Shown: positions 50,215 through 61,631, numbered from the stretch's first letter. The stretch: DNA of 64,000 bases from Caldisericia bacterium (GCA_963674785.1 OY771555.1:1376001-1440000); one strand, 5' to 3'. Numbers and translations: made by a program. Notes: generated by a model not told the origin, from the sequence alone.

Positions 50215-52281
50215 CTACCAAATAAAATCTACAAGCCCACCAGCTTCATCTGAGTTTGCATCCATTCCAACTCCAACTTCAATTCCTGGTCTGGTTTTTG
50301 ATGGCTCATACCAGCTATCATCTTCCGTGCATTTTTCAAGTCCATAGGTATCGTGACCACCAATATCCAGGAAAAGTCCGAGACAGAGAATCTCGTTTCG
50401 GATGGTGTCAGGTGTAGTGTTTCCACTAATATAAGAACCACCGTACATCCTGCCACTTTTAGCATCGTATGTATCGTCTCCGCCAACGTTGACAAATATC
50501 CCTATTCCATTCTGGTTACCACAGCCAAGCATGAGTCCGCCTTCTTTTCTTACTTCCTTTCCCTCGCTGTTTTCTTCAATCCTGAAGCAGTTGTATGTGT
50601 CGTTTCCACCGGTATCAATGTGCCACGATGTCGAGAAATCATGTCCAACTCCGATTGAGGTTGCCTGTTTTGCAGTATAGGTATCATTTCCGTCCTCATC
50701 TTTGAAAAGTGAGATTGCATAGTGAGCGGTTGCTCCCTGTACATACCAGAGACCATCATATTCATCGTCACCTGATTTGTCAGAAAGCACACCCACTCCA
50801 TACCAATAGGCAACACCCTGACCAAAGACACCACATGAATAGTGGTCATCTCCAGCATCATCAACAATCAATCCGCATCCACCAGACATTGAATGACCAT
50901 CTGTGATATCTGCACGTCTTCCGAAACCACATCCCTGGCTCATCGATGTGTTGTGATTTGAGTTTTGGGCAGAAGGGTTTACAATATCTTCATCATTGGC
51001 TGTGTAGGTGTCGTTACCGTTTTTATCGTATAAAAGTCCGTACCCCTGAGTGTAACCGAAACCCTGAGAACCAAAATAACAGTAGTATTCATCATCTCCT
51101 GAATAGTCCAGGCAAAACCCGGTTCCAAAAATCCCCGCTCCCTGAGAAAGATTTACTGCGTTGTATTTGTCGTTCCCGCCATAGTCAGCCAAAATCCCTG
51201 TTCCAAAGATTCCTGAGCCTTGTGTGTTATCAAAACTTGAATATGTGTCGGAACCTTCAAAATCCAGAACCATGCCGACACCAAGAACTCCCCCACCAAA
51301 ACTTGGAAGTGAATCAGATTCAGCCTCATAGTGGTCGTCACCAGCAAGGTCTATGATCACACTAATACAGTTTGAAAGGCTGTTTGTTGCACCCATGTTT
51401 CCGAAATAGGTGTCATCACCAATTGTGTCGACAATCAACATATGGTTTTCGCCCAAATATTCATCGTTGCTTTTTGTGCCGTTTAGCGTGATTCTTCCGT
51501 ATGGTGTGAGGAAAGTCTCGTTGATGTTGGTCAGGTCGAATGTTCCGTCGAGAATCGCGTTTTTGATATTCTGAACTGAGAAAACTACCCTGCAGTTTGC
51601 CCAGAAAAGTTGTTTCATGTCAGCTTTTTCTGCAATTTTATAGAGTTCAACCATATCATCTTCCATAAAGAAATTATTCAGCTTTTGGAATAGGTTTTCA
51701 TTAAGAGTGACACCATCAAAAACCCTCTGCCTTTCAACTTGAAGATGTTTTGAAGAGAAAATGAATTCAGCAAGAAGTTTTGCTGTTTCGGGAGTTACTG
51801 AGTTTTCAAAGTTGGTTATCTTTTCTTCAAATCTGTCCGTCCAACCCCAGTTGTTGTATTCAAAAACTTCCTTTAGAGAATTTGTGAATGGCAATTCCTC
51901 ATCATACTCAAAAGCTGGTAGATACTGGTCAAAAAAGCCTGCCACATAACCGGAAATCTTGCTTGCCCCGTAGAAGTAGTTGATTTTGAGTTCGTTGCCC
52001 ATATCGCCAGAATTCCAGATTGAGATTCTATCTGTCATTTGTCTTGTGATTTGAGGAATCAAAAGTGGTTTCGACCATATCTCATTGAACCAATTAAGTC
52101 TGAATGGATCATGATTTAATCGATCCAATTTATCCATGTCCCAAGTGACATCTTCAGGGCTCAGACCTGCAGCAGAAAGAGCAAGGCTGAAGTAATCAGT
52201 TTCTTCCTCCGCTGAGAGAAAACTAAAACTTGAAAACAGGAGCACCAAAACAAGGAAAAACACAACAAATGACTTCTTCAT
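50215..52281 (-). CDS. Secreted Gly/Asp-rich repeat protein (predicted beta-solenoid, possibly Ca-binding)
   Basis: Signal peptide, GGAGGTG RBS; about 11 units of D-x2-G-x-D-x-Y...QG-x-G-x2-G-x-G. Confidence 0.8.
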   Translation of the reverse strand: MKKSFVVFFLVLVLLFSSFSFLSAEEETDYFSLALSAAGLSPEDVTWDMDKLDRLNHDPFRLNWFNEIWSKPLLIPQITRQMTDRISIWNSGDMGNELKINYFYGASKISGYVAGFFDQYLPAFEYDEELPFTNSLKEVFEYNNWGWTDRFEEKITNFENSVTPETAKLLAEFIFSSKHLQVERQRVFDGVTLNENLFQKLNNFFMEDDMVELYKIAEKADMKQLFWANCRVVFSVQNIKNAILDGTFDLTNINETFLTPYGRITLNGTKSNDEYLGENHMLIVDTIGDDTYFGNMGATNSLSNCISVIIDLAGDDHYEAESDSLPSFGGGVLGVGMVLDFEGSDTYSSFDNTQGSGIFGTGILADYGGNDKYNAVNLSQGAGIFGTGFCLDYSGDDEYYCYFGSQGFGYTQGYGLLYDKNGNDTYTANDEDIVNPSAQNSNHNTSMSQGCGFGRRADITDGHSMSGGCGLIVDDAGDDHYSCGVFGQGVAYWYGVGVLSDKSGDDEYDGLWYVQGATAHYAISLFKDEDGNDTYTAKQATSIGVGHDFSTSWHIDTGGNDTYNCFRIEENSEGKEVRKEGGLMLGCGNQNGIGIFVNVGGDDTYDAKSGRMYGGSYISGNTTPDTIRNEILCLGLFLDIGGHDTYGLEKCTEDDSWYEPSKTRPGIEVGVGMDANSDEAGGLVDFIW

Positions 52282-52342
52282 AGCGATCACCTCCGAGGTG
52301 TACACTATGATAACATAAAGTTGATATTTGCCAAAAAATCAG

Positions 52343-53179
52343 CTATTTGAATTTTACCATTTTGGTTTCGACGTATGATGCCAGAATGATTAAGAAAGAA
52401 CCTATCTGTGAAAAAATCATCATGAATGTGCTTACCATAAGGTTGCCAGTACCTATTCTGTTTGCAGAAATAAATTGGAACAGAGCGTAGTTTACCGAGA
52501 AGAAAAGGATTGCCATGATGATGATTTTCCAAGATCTGGAAAGAAGTCCCTGATAGATTTCAGATAATACTGCAATAGAAACAATCATACACGCGAATGC
52601 AAAACCAATATTCCAAATTGAGATAAATCTGCTTGGAATAGTTATTGACCCGGGGGCAAGAAATGGTGAAACAAAAGCCAGAATAATTGCATATCCAATA
52701 AGTACTGCAGGTAGACCGATTTTCATTATTTTATTGGGAGGAGAGGCAGTTTTTACAAGGTAGTATTCTCTGGATATTGCAATCAAGAGCAATGGTAAAA
52801 CCCAAAGATGACCAAACCAATCAGCAAGACTTGGGGGTCTGAAAACATCAATTCCAAAGATATACACACATACTATTGATATGAAATTTCCAAGCATGAG
52901 AAAAAACATTGATAACATCACAAAACGCCATATCTTTCTATGATAGTCTGATGGATCGTATGTGAGCATCGCTTTGTAGCTATAGTAGTATGCAGCACCC
53001 GAATTTAGAAGCTGAATAATTACAATTGGTAAATTGTTATTTATGGCAATTTTTGTGCCTGTTGCTCCACTCATTAATCTTGGTAGGAATATGAATGCAA
53101 CTATTTCAATAATGACAATAGAACCAAGGATAATCTGGATTCTATAAAATGGGTCTTTAAGGAGTTTCTGTAGTTTCAA
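52343..53179 (-). CDS. Polytopic membrane protein resembling a stand-alone sensor domain
   Basis: About 8 TM; W-x9-GN...PPSLADW motif like membrane sensors of GGDEF/HK proteins. Confidence 0.65.
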   Translation of the reverse strand: MKLQKLLKDPFYRIQIILGSIVIIEIVAFIFLPRLMSGATGTKIAINNNLPIVIIQLLNSGAAYYYSYKAMLTYDPSDYHRKIWRFVMLSMFFLMLGNFISIVCVYIFGIDVFRPPSLADWFGHLWVLPLLLIAISREYYLVKTASPPNKIMKIGLPAVLIGYAIILAFVSPFLAPGSITIPSRFISIWNIGFAFACMIVSIAVLSEIYQGLLSRSWKIIIMAILFFSVNYALFQFISANRIGTGNLMVSTFMMIFSQIGSFLIILASYVETKMVKFK

Positions 53180-55088
53180 TTGGAACCTCCTTCGATGAGA
53201 TGTTTCCTGCGAGGTCAGTTGCTTTTATCGACACGGAATTTCCTTTGTGGTTTTCGATTACTTCAAGGATTGAGCTCTGATTCATTTCAGGGTTGGTGTT
53301 GATTGCACTTTCGGAGTAATCCAAACCATTGACTTCAAACTTTGCTAAAGATTCAATAAGACCAGAGATTGTAACATTGCCAGTTTTTGGGTCCCTTGTT
53401 GCTTTTATCTTGGATAGGTCTGGAGGAATATTGTCATAAATTATGTTTATGATCTGTTTCGTGTTCTTTCCGTCTGGTGAAGTTGCGATTATCTCAAACT
53501 GATTTTCACCAGCAGAAAGCATTAGATGATAAACATCAAATGTGCCATCAGCGTTTATGGTTATATTGTTTGACCCTTCTGATAATTGTGAAACGTTTTC
53601 TACTTTGCCATGGATGTCAACACTCGACTTATTAGTTATGTTTTTGTAGTCATTAATTATTATCTTGGGTTCAGGTGTCGACCTTGCTACTTTCGTGATG
53701 ACAATCTCTTCTAGTTTTTCTTTGTGATCATCATCTTTGGCTACAATAACGATCATGTTGTCGCCATCTTTGAGCGATACATCGATTGTGTATCGACCGT
53801 CAAGTACTTTGTAGGTTTTCCCTTTAAAATATACCTGGGTTGTGTTGGCTGTTCCCGAGACCTTGATGTTTTCATCAGTGGTTGTAAATCCGTTTTCGGG
53901 TTCTTTGATTTTTAAATTTGCGGTTTTGAGTGCTTGAACTCTTTCGATGTTTCTTCTTTTTATTATTGTGTTTCCAAACTCATCCTTTGAGACTACCTCA
54001 ATAACGCTTCTTCCGATACTTAGCTGATAATTATATTCAAAAGTATTGCCTTCAAATGGTACATTGATTCCGTTGATTTCGATTTTTTCAGATCCTTGAA
54101 CTTCACCAGAGACCAGTATTGTCGGAGAATCCACAACAGAATTATCAACAGGGAAGTGAAGTTCGAGTTTGTGTGGGTTCATCTCAGCGGTTTTTTCTCT
54201 TCTTATTATCACATTTACTGAAGTCTCTCTTCCGGCATTGTCCCTTGATGTGACAATTCTTTCAACCTCTCCTACCGGATGGTCTTTGATTTCTATTCTG
54301 AAACGACCATTGCTGCTTGCAGTAACGCTATTTGTAGCATCAACAGAAATCACGTTCCCAGGATTGGAAACTCCAGAAATCACAATATCCGGTTCAAAAG
54401 ACACGATTGGATTTTCGTCAATCTCAAGTCTTGGCTTAGCCCTGAGTAATAGTGCCTTGTCTTCATTTGAGATTTTTGAGTTATTTTTTTGTATAATGTT
54501 GCCATTTTCAGTGATTTTGAGTTCAGTTTCAAACGGAACATTAATGGTTTTGCCTTTTTTCTTTACTACAACATTGCAATCTTCAGTAAGTGGCTTTATC
54601 CCATCATTAGTCAGTCTACAAACCCCTTCGGCAACACTTAACATATAGTCATTGGTGGTGATTTCGTAAAGAGATTTTTCATTATCACCAGTATTAATGA
54701 GAATGTCTCCATATTCCTTGTGAAATTGAATAACCTGCATTCCCTGCCATGGATTTGCATAAAAAGCCACTATCTCTACCGAAGTGTTTTCCTGCATACT
54801 CAAGAATGAACCATCATCAAGTCTAATTTGGGCTGTTCCGTTTGAACCCGTGATTATTTTGTTTCCTGGCGAAAGCTCATCTCCAACGTTTGCGGGTATT
54901 AGCTTTGAGGTAGACTTGTCAGTAACGTTAACGCTACCAAATTTGACATAGATAACTGATTTTGGTGTCTCTTGAGCAAGGACAAGAAAAATTACTGATG
55001 CTACCAATGTTATCGCTGCAAAGACAATCCATACTTTGTTTAGGAGCCTTTTTTTCCACAAACCTTTGATCATCTCATCTAATTCCAT
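53157..55088 (-). CDS. FecR-domain protein with several Ig-like repeats
   Basis: N-term TM; [34 protein letters not shown] (FecR); repeats SGEV..I.ING...F...L..G.N.I.V...D..GN. Confidence 0.78.
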   Translation of the reverse strand: MELDEMIKGLWKKRLLNKVWIVFAAITLVASVIFLVLAQETPKSVIYVKFGSVNVTDKSTSKLIPANVGDELSPGNKIITGSNGTAQIRLDDGSFLSMQENTSVEIVAFYANPWQGMQVIQFHKEYGDILINTGDNEKSLYEITTNDYMLSVAEGVCRLTNDGIKPLTEDCNVVVKKKGKTINVPFETELKITENGNIIQKNNSKISNEDKALLLRAKPRLEIDENPIVSFEPDIVISGVSNPGNVISVDATNSVTASSNGRFRIEIKDHPVGEVERIVTSRDNAGRETSVNVIIRREKTAEMNPHKLELHFPVDNSVVDSPTILVSGEVQGSEKIEINGINVPFEGNTFEYNYQLSIGRSVIEVVSKDEFGNTIIKRRNIERVQALKTANLKIKEPENGFTTTDENIKVSGTANTTQVYFKGKTYKVLDGRYTIDVSLKDGDNMIVIVAKDDDHKEKLEEIVITKVARSTPEPKIIINDYKNITNKSSVDIHGKVENVSQLSEGSNNITINADGTFDVYHLMLSAGENQFEIIATSPDGKNTKQIINIIYDNIPPDLSKIKATRDPKTGNVTISGLIESLAKFEVNGLDYSESAINTNPEMNQSSILEVIENHKGNSVSIKATDLAGNISSKEVPIETTETP

Positions 55089-55143
55089 AATGGATGCAAT
55101 TATACAAGATTAACAAAGTCTGTCTACAGTGGTTTTTACTTAC

Positions 55144-55171
55144 TTGATAAACAATTTGATAACAATAAACT
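55144..55171 (+). promoter_or_regulatory. clpC promoter, likely leaderless
   Basis: TTGATA-16 nt-TAAACT-7 nt-ATG. Confidence 0.5.
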
Positions 55172-55178
55172 TTCAGGC

Positions 55179-57587
55179 ATGAATTGGAATAATTTAGACG
55201 AGAAAACTCAACGTATATTCTACCTCGCTCAGGATGAGGCTTATTCGTTGGGTAATGATTATCTTGGGACGGAACATCTTTTATTGGGACTTATTCGGGA
55301 AGGATCAAGTTTTGCAGTATCAACACTCAGAGCAATGAATGTAGACTTTGGGGCTTTGAGGGATAGGATTGTTTCACTTGTAAAGGGAGTCAGAAATTCA
55401 GCAGTTGGTCCTGTTCAAAAGAGTCATATTGTGGTTTCAGCACGCGCAAAAAGAGCTCTTGAGATGGCTGACAAAGAGATGAGAAATGCTGGTGTCAGAA
55501 AGCTTTCACCTGAACACCTCTTGGTTGGAATCTTAATGGAAGCCGAAGGACTTGCAGCAAGAATCTTGCGTGAAATGGAAGTTGATATCGATTCCTTTAG
55601 AGCAAATCTTGCTGAGGAGGGAGCTGGTGATTCTGCAGGAAAGAAATCATCGATTCTTGACAAATACTCAAGAGACCTTACAAGACTTGCAAAAGAGGGA
55701 AAACTTGACCCAACAGTTGGGAGAGTAAATGAGATCAACAGATTGATCCAGATTCTTTCAAGAAGAACAAAAAACAACCCAGTTTTGGTTGGTGACCCGG
55801 GAGTTGGAAAAACCGCTATTGTTGAGGGTTTGTCTCAAAAAATCATTGACGGTGAAGTGCCTGAACCTCTCAGAGGTAAAAGGGTGCTTTCCCTGGATTT
55901 GGCTAGTATAATCGCAGGCACAAAGTACAGAGGTGAATTTGAAGAAAGGGTAAAAAATATACTTGCCGAGATTTACAAGTCCGAAGGGAAAATAATCATC
56001 TTCATTGACGAGATACACACAATTGTAGGAGCGGGTGCCGCAGAGGGTGCAATTGATGCATCAAATATCCTCAAACCCCCACTTGCCAGAGGGGAATTGC
56101 AGTGTATTGGTGCAACCACAATTGGTGAATACAGAAAAAACATCGAAAAAGATTCAGCACTTGAGCGTAGATTCCAGATGATAAAGGTTGAAGAGCCAAC
56201 AGTTGATGAAACAATCAAGATTTTGATTGGGCTTGCTCCAAAATACGAGAACCATCATAAGGTAACAATCAGCCATGCAGCTCTTGAGTCTGCTGCAAAA
56301 CTTTCGTCAAGGTTCATCTCTGATAGATTTTTGCCGGATAAAGCAATTGATTTGATTGACGAAGCTGGTGCCAAGGTTCGACTTGCAGTTTTAAATATTC
56401 CTCCAGAAATCAGAAAACTCGAGAAGCAGAGAAAAGAGATCGAACAGGACAAAAAAAGTGCCGCCGATTCGCAAGAGTTTGAGGAGGCAGCAAGACTTCG
56501 TGACAGCGAAAGAGAGATAGAAGAGCAGCTCAGACTCAAGCGTGCTGATTGGCAAAAAGAGATTGACGCTCTTGACCTCGTTGTAACACCGAATGATATT
56601 TCAGAAATTGTCTCAATGTGGACTGGAATTCCAACCACTCAACTCATCCAGGAAGAAAAAGAAAGACTTCTTTCTCTTGAAAAAATCCTTCATGAAAGAA
56701 TTGTTGGTCAAGAAGAAGCAGTTACTGCAGTTTCAAAATCTTTGAGGCGTGCAAGAGTTGGACTTGCTGGAAGAAACAGACCAATTGGGTCGTTCATTTT
56801 TATTGGGCCGAGTGGTGTTGGAAAAACTGAACTTGCAAGAGTTCTTGCTACCCACATCTTTGGTTCAGAAAAATCAATCATCAGACTGGATATGTCTGAA
56901 TACATGGAAAAGCATGCTGTTTCAAGATTGATTGGTGCTCCTCCGGGATACATCGGTTTCGAAGAGGGTGGACAGTTAACCGAGAAAATTAGAAGGAAGC
57001 CGTTCTCAGTTATCCTGCTTGATGAAATTGAGAAAGCACATCAGGATGTTTACAATATTCTACTCCAGATAATGGATGACGGAAGATTGACTGATTCCAA
57101 GGGAAGATTGGTAGACTTTAGACATTCGATCATCATCATGACTTCAAATGTCGGAACACAATGGAAAGGCGCAAAGAGTCTTGGATTCTCATCCTCAGAG
57201 GAGATGGATAAGAATCTCGAAAATAATAGGCTTGATGAAGCAATAAAAAAGATTTTCAGACCAGAGTTCCTTGGAAGACTTGATCAGATCATCCACTTTA
57301 ATCCGTTGACCAAAGAACAGCTCGGAGAGATTGCTGTCCTTCTAATAGATAAACTCAGCGATAATCTTGTTGACGAAGGGTTGAAGGTTGAGCTTACGCC
57401 AGATGCAATCAAGGCATTGGTTGAAAAGAGTTATGACCCAAAACTTGGAGCAAGACCGCTTGTCCGTGCAATCCAGAATATGATTGAAGACCCGATTGCT
57501 GAAAAAACACTTGCCGGAGAGTTTATTTCTGGTGACACAATACAAGTCGATAGCAAAGAAAACGAATTCTTTTTATCAAAAATATAG
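55179..57587 (+). CDS. clpC: ATP-dependent Clp protease ATP-binding subunit ClpC
   Basis: Clp-N repeats (GTEHLLLG), [11 protein letters not shown]-type [24 protein letters not shown]. Confidence 0.96.
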   Translation: MNWNNLDEKTQRIFYLAQDEAYSLGNDYLGTEHLLLGLIREGSSFAVSTLRAMNVDFGALRDRIVSLVKGVRNSAVGPVQKSHIVVSARAKRALEMADKEMRNAGVRKLSPEHLLVGILMEAEGLAARILREMEVDIDSFRANLAEEGAGDSAGKKSSILDKYSRDLTRLAKEGKLDPTVGRVNEINRLIQILSRRTKNNPVLVGDPGVGKTAIVEGLSQKIIDGEVPEPLRGKRVLSLDLASIIAGTKYRGEFEERVKNILAEIYKSEGKIIIFIDEIHTIVGAGAAEGAIDASNILKPPLARGELQCIGATTIGEYRKNIEKDSALERRFQMIKVEEPTVDETIKILIGLAPKYENHHKVTISHAALESAAKLSSRFISDRFLPDKAIDLIDEAGAKVRLAVLNIPPEIRKLEKQRKEIEQDKKSAADSQEFEEAARLRDSEREIEEQLRLKRADWQKEIDALDLVVTPNDISEIVSMWTGIPTTQLIQEEKERLLSLEKILHERIVGQEEAVTAVSKSLRRARVGLAGRNRPIGSFIFIGPSGVGKTELARVLATHIFGSEKSIIRLDMSEYMEKHAVSRLIGAPPGYIGFEEGGQLTEKIRRKPFSVILLDEIEKAHQDVYNILLQIMDDGRLTDSKGRLVDFRHSIIIMTSNVGTQWKGAKSLGFSSSEEMDKNLENNRLDEAIKKIFRPEFLGRLDQIIHFNPLTKEQLGEIAVLLIDKLSDNLVDEGLKVELTPDAIKALVEKSYDPKLGARPLVRAIQNMIEDPIAEKTLAGEFISGDTIQVDSKENEFFLSKI

Positions 57588-57604
57588 AAGTTGTTGAGGT
57601 AGAC

Positions 57605-59065
57605 ATGGCAGAAGAAGTTAGGGTAAGGATCGCACCATCCCCCACAGGTAAATTGCATATTGGCAACGCCAGAACTGGTTTGTTCAATTATCTTTTCGCA
57701 AGAAATGTCGGCGGGAAGTTCATTCTCAGGGTTGATGACACAGACAAAGAAAGATCGACTGAGGAATCGGAAAGAGCTATCTATGAAGGTTTTGAGTGGC
57801 TTGGAATAGATTGGGATGAGGGACCAAACAAGAGTGGGGATTATGGTCCATATAGGCAGTCCGAGCGTGGCGAACTCTACCATGATGCCATCCAGAAACT
57901 TCTTGAAAGTGGAAATGCCTATTATTGTTTCTGTTCTCAGGATGAGCTGGCTGAAAAAAGAACAGCTGCCGAAAAAGCACATGAAATCTATAGATATGAC
58001 AATATGTGTAGAGATATTCCTTTGGATGAGGCTAGAAAAAGAGTGGCTGCCGGTGAAAGGGCAGTCATTAGGCTCCGAATTCCAGATGATGTAACGATTG
58101 TTTTTGAGGATTTGGTAAGAGGTGAGATTGAAGTAAAATCAAAGGCTTTTGATGACTTCATTATTGCCAAACCAAATGGTGATCCGCTCTATAACCTTGC
58201 AACCGTAATTGACGATCACCTCATGAAAATCAGTCACATTCTCAGAGGACAAGACCATCTTACGAACACCTCAAAACAGATTCTCATTTACAATGCTCTT
58301 GGATACCCTCTTCCAAAGTTTGGTCATTTCTCCCTTATTATGGACAAGAACAGAAAGAAACTCAGCAAACGAGCAGGCGCTGTTTATATCGGGGACTTTA
58401 AAAAAGACGGTTATCTGCCTCAGGCTGTGACAAACTTCATTGCACTTCTTGGATGGTCACCTGGTGAAGACAGAGAGAAAATGACATTGCCAGAAATGGT
58501 AGAAGCGTTTTCAATGAATAGGATTCAAAAATCCGATGCTATTTTTGATACTGAAAAACTGCTGTGGTTGAACGGTGTTTATATCCGGGATATGGAACTT
58601 CCTGAGTTCCTGGAAAACGTCAAACCTCACCTTAAAGAAGCTGGTTATCCAGTTGATGATGTATCACAGGAATGGTTGAACAAAGTTGTCGCACTTGAGC
58701 AAGAAAGAATCAAGACATTCTCTGAGGCTCCCGAGGTTTTTGAATTCTTCTTTAAAGATATCCCTTATGAAAAAGAGCTTCTTACGAAAAAAACCAAAAA
58801 AACTGATGAAGAGATTGTCGGAGCACTCGAACAGGTAAAAGCCGAACTTGAAAAAGTTGATAATTGGGTTGAAGCCGAACTTGAAAAAACATGTCGTGAG
58901 TTGGTCGAAAAAATGGAATGGAAAACCGGACAACTCTTCATGCCAATCAGGGTTGCTGTAACAGGACGCAAGGCAACACCACCACTTTTTGATACGATTG
59001 AGGTTCTTGGTCGAGAGCTTAGCTTGAAACGTATTGACAAGGCAATTGAGTTGCTTAAAGTTTGA
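57605..59065 (+). CDS. gltX: Glutamate--tRNA ligase
   Basis: RIAPSPTG.LHIGN, YRQSER, KLSKR, anticodon-binding domain. Confidence 0.97.
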   Translation: MAEEVRVRIAPSPTGKLHIGNARTGLFNYLFARNVGGKFILRVDDTDKERSTEESERAIYEGFEWLGIDWDEGPNKSGDYGPYRQSERGELYHDAIQKLLESGNAYYCFCSQDELAEKRTAAEKAHEIYRYDNMCRDIPLDEARKRVAAGERAVIRLRIPDDVTIVFEDLVRGEIEVKSKAFDDFIIAKPNGDPLYNLATVIDDHLMKISHILRGQDHLTNTSKQILIYNALGYPLPKFGHFSLIMDKNRKKLSKRAGAVYIGDFKKDGYLPQAVTNFIALLGWSPGEDREKMTLPEMVEAFSMNRIQKSDAIFDTEKLLWLNGVYIRDMELPEFLENVKPHLKEAGYPVDDVSQEWLNKVVALEQERIKTFSEAPEVFEFFFKDIPYEKELLTKKTKKTDEEIVGALEQVKAELEKVDNWVEAELEKTCRELVEKMEWKTGQLFMPIRVAVTGRKATPPLFDTIEVLGRELSLKRIDKAIELLKV

Positions 59066-59068
59066 TGT

Positions 59069-59142
59069 GCGGCTGTAGCACAATTGGATAGTGCGCCTGC
59101 CTACGGAGCAGGAGGTTGCAGGTTCGAGTCCTGTCAGCCGTG
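59069..59142 (+). tRNA. tRNA-Arg(ACG), CCA not encoded
   Basis: GCGGCTG...CCTGC-CTACGGA-GCAGG...GGTTCGAGTCC..CAGCCGTG cloverleaf. Confidence 0.95.
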
Positions 59143-59152
59143 TATTTGAGGT

Positions 59153-59617
59153 TTGGTTATCCCAATGATTCCTAAGTTCATGAAATATGCTTTTGAGCAA
59201 GCACAGCTTGCTTTTGACACAGGTGAGCTGCCTGTTGGAGCTGTGGTTGTCAAAGATAACGAGGTCATTGGGAAAGGTCACAACCTAACCCTTACCACAT
59301 CTGACCCCACTGCACACGCAGAGATTGTTGCGCTTCGTGATGCTGCAAAAAACATTGGTGACTGGAGACTCTTGAATTGTTCAATTTATGTAACCCTTGA
59401 GCCATGCCCAATGTGCACAGGTGCGATTCTTTTGTCTCGAATATCAGATATTTACTTTGCAACATATGATAGCAAAGACGGGGCATGTGGCTCAAAAATG
59501 AATCTTGCTGTACACCCAATCTTTGGTCATAGAGCGAGAGTTCATAAAACCGATGGAGCCAAGGATGCCTCAAAGCTTATTGTCGATTTTTTCAAAAAAA
59601 AGAGGAATAAAAAATGA
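59153..59617 (+). CDS. tadA: tRNA adenosine(34) deaminase (start may be 59165)
   Basis: GELPVGAVVV, DPTAHAE, TLEPCPMC, DFFKKKR. Confidence 0.93.
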   Translation: MVIPMIPKFMKYAFEQAQLAFDTGELPVGAVVVKDNEVIGKGHNLTLTTSDPTAHAEIVALRDAAKNIGDWRLLNCSIYVTLEPCPMCTGAILLSRISDIYFATYDSKDGACGSKMNLAVHPIFGHRARVHKTDGAKDASKLIVDFFKKKRNKK

Positions 59618-60555
59618 ATCATGTTTATATTGATGAGCTGAAAAGTGGGATGGATATCGATGGTTATTATGTTCTTGTAAGGAAAGAAGAAAAACTTACA
59701 AAACATGGTGACCCATTTTTGAAAATGGTTTTATCAGATAGCTCTGGAAAATGTGATGCAATGATGTGGAAAGAGGGAGTTGAAAAATGGGGGACAGATT
59801 TTGAATCAAATACCGTTGTGAGAGTCAGGGGTAGAACGGAAGAGTATATCGAAAAGGTTCAGATTTCAGTTAATCGTATAGGGGTTGCTGATGAAAATAA
59901 CTATGACAAAGAGTGGTTTTTGCCTGTCGCTCCCGTTGAAATAATCGAGATATTATCCGAGATCAAAAATATTACTGATGATATTCAGGATGAAAGCCTG
60001 AAAGAACTTGTCTCTCACTTCATGTCTGATAAAGAATTATATAATGATTTCACAACAGCTCCAGGAGCTGTGAGTCTTCATCATGCCTATCTTGGTGGAC
60101 TCGCCCACCACACACTTGGCGTCATGAAGGTGTGTCTAGATTTTGCATCCAGGTATCCTGATTTAAACAAAGACCTTCTTATTGTGGCTGCACTATTTCA
60201 TGATATTGGGAAAACAAAGGAAAATAACTGGTCAATCAGTTTTGGAAGAACTGCAGAGGGTGACTTACTTGGACACATTATTCAGGGAGTTCAGATACTC
60301 AAATCAATGCTTGAAGATGTCAAACTTGAAAAAGAGATCAGATTAAACCTTGAACACTGCATGGTTTCTCACCATGGATACTATGAATATGGTTCTCCAA
60401 AACTCCCAATGACAAGAGAGGCGCTTGCGCTTCATCTTGCTGATTATGCTGATTCACACTTCGATGAGTACAATAGAATTTTGGAAAAAATTGAAGTTGG
60501 TGAAGGGACAAGTCCAATCAGATTTTTAGATGGTAGAAGGCTTTATAACCTTTAA
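59614..60555 (+). CDS. yhaM: 3'-5' exoribonuclease YhaM/CBF1 family (OB + HD)
   Basis: OB fold, HHAYLGGLAHH, HDIGK, GHI, SHHG..EYGSP. Confidence 0.88.
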   Translation: MNHVYIDELKSGMDIDGYYVLVRKEEKLTKHGDPFLKMVLSDSSGKCDAMMWKEGVEKWGTDFESNTVVRVRGRTEEYIEKVQISVNRIGVADENNYDKEWFLPVAPVEIIEILSEIKNITDDIQDESLKELVSHFMSDKELYNDFTTAPGAVSLHHAYLGGLAHHTLGVMKVCLDFASRYPDLNKDLLIVAALFHDIGKTKENNWSISFGRTAEGDLLGHIIQGVQILKSMLEDVKLEKEIRLNLEHCMVSHHGYYEYGSPKLPMTREALALHLADYADSHFDEYNRILEKIEVGEGTSPIRFLDGRRLYNL

Positions 60556-60770
60556 TCGACTAATTCTAACCAATCAAGTTGGAGTTGCTCTCCAGATTCA
60601 GAAACAATGATGTAGATGAAATTACCATTATCATTGTTTCTATATGCACAGTGCTCCCAGGGATCCATACAGGCTTTCCTGATTTCAGCAACAATAAATT
60701 CTTTTCCTTGCAGGCTTGATGGAGCATTTTTATTGCATTTGATTCTTGAACCGATTTCTGGAAGATTCAT
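60552..60770 (-). CDS. Small hypothetical protein
   Basis: 72 aa, fills the gap, preceded by TTGACG-17-GAAAAT-6-ATG. Confidence 0.5.
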   Translation of the reverse strand: MNLPEIGSRIKCNKNAPSSLQGKEFIVAEIRKACMDPWEHCAYRNNDNGNFIYIIVSESGEQLQLDWLELVD

Positions 60771-60852
60771 GCATACATTTTCTATTTTTTAAGAAACATC
60801 GTCAAGTGAAATAAGATTCCAAATCTTGTTTGGAATGGGTTTGAGAATCTAG

Positions 60853-60880
60853 TTGACTCGAAATTGTGTGTTTGTAAACT
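60853..60880 (+). promoter_or_regulatory. tRNA-Ser promoter
   Basis: TTGACT-16 nt-TAAACT, 7 nt before tRNA G1. Confidence 0.65.
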
Positions 60881-60887
60881 CTCATGT

Positions 60888-60979
60888 GGAGAGATGGCTG
60901 AGCGGTTGAAGGCACCTGATTCGAAATCAGGAGTGTGGGGTATCCTGCATCGGGGGTTCGAATCCCCCTCTCTCCGCCA
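60888..60979 (+). tRNA. tRNA-Ser(CGA)
   Basis: GGAGAGA...CCTGA-TTCGAAA-TCAGG, long variable arm, GGTTCGAATCC, ends GCCA. Confidence 0.96.
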
Positions 60980-61052
60980 GGAAGTCTGGCTGCTAAGAAT
61001 TCAGTGGTTGATGGAGTGCATGCTGAATGTGGATTGAAGACGTTCTGGGAAA

Positions 61053-61631
61053 ATGTCAAATAACATAATGAAATTCTTGAAGATAGTGGTAAAAACAATA
61101 AACCGAAACACAACACTGAAGATGATTTTAGTGTTACTTGTTTTAACTGTATGTCTTATGGTTTTCCTTTCAGTTTTAGGGCAAGAGTTTTCACGAATTT
61201 CTGATGTAGGTACTACATTAGATGTTAATTACTTCTATTCTGCCAGATACGCTCAGAGTTTTTTTGAGCAAATATCCCCAGAAGCTGTAAATCTCTATCT
61301 CTATAGATTTGCGGTAGCCGATACTTTCTTTCCGATTTGTTATTCACTCTTTTTTTCTTTTCTTATCTCACATATACTTAAGAAAAAGCAACCGAAAAGC
61401 TCCAGATCGCAATATCTTTGCTTGGTTCCGTTTGTAACGGTATTTTTCGATTATTCAGAGAATATATTTACAATAATAGCAATGCGCTCTTTGCCTGATA
61501 TCAATATGTTTCTGGTGAGACTTTTGTCGATTTCTTCATCAATCAAGTGGGTGACTTTTTTGAGTATCATCCTTGTTTTATTGTGGCTTATTATAAAAAA
61601 ACAATCCGAAACTTGTGAAACTTATCAATGA
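61053..61631 (+). CDS. Hypothetical 4-TM membrane protein
   Basis: LD..YFYS, D..FP..Y, FDYSEN, S..KW pattern of a conserved unknown membrane family. Confidence 0.7.
   Translation: MSNNIMKFLKIVVKTINRNTTLKMILVLLVLTVCLMVFLSVLGQEFSRISDVGTTLDVNYFYSARYAQSFFEQISPEAVNLYLYRFAVADTFFPICYSLFFSFLISHILKKKQPKSSRSQYLCLVPFVTVFFDYSENIFTIIAMRSLPDINMFLVRLLSISSSIKWVTFLSIILVLLWLIIKKQSETCETYQ

Noticed and set aside
58664-59281. 205-aa minus-strand ORF
   Set aside because: Shadow of gltX, tRNA-Arg and tadA
60802-61116. 104-aa minus-strand ORF
   Set aside because: Antisense to tRNA-Ser (GERGIRTP is a typical tRNA shadow)
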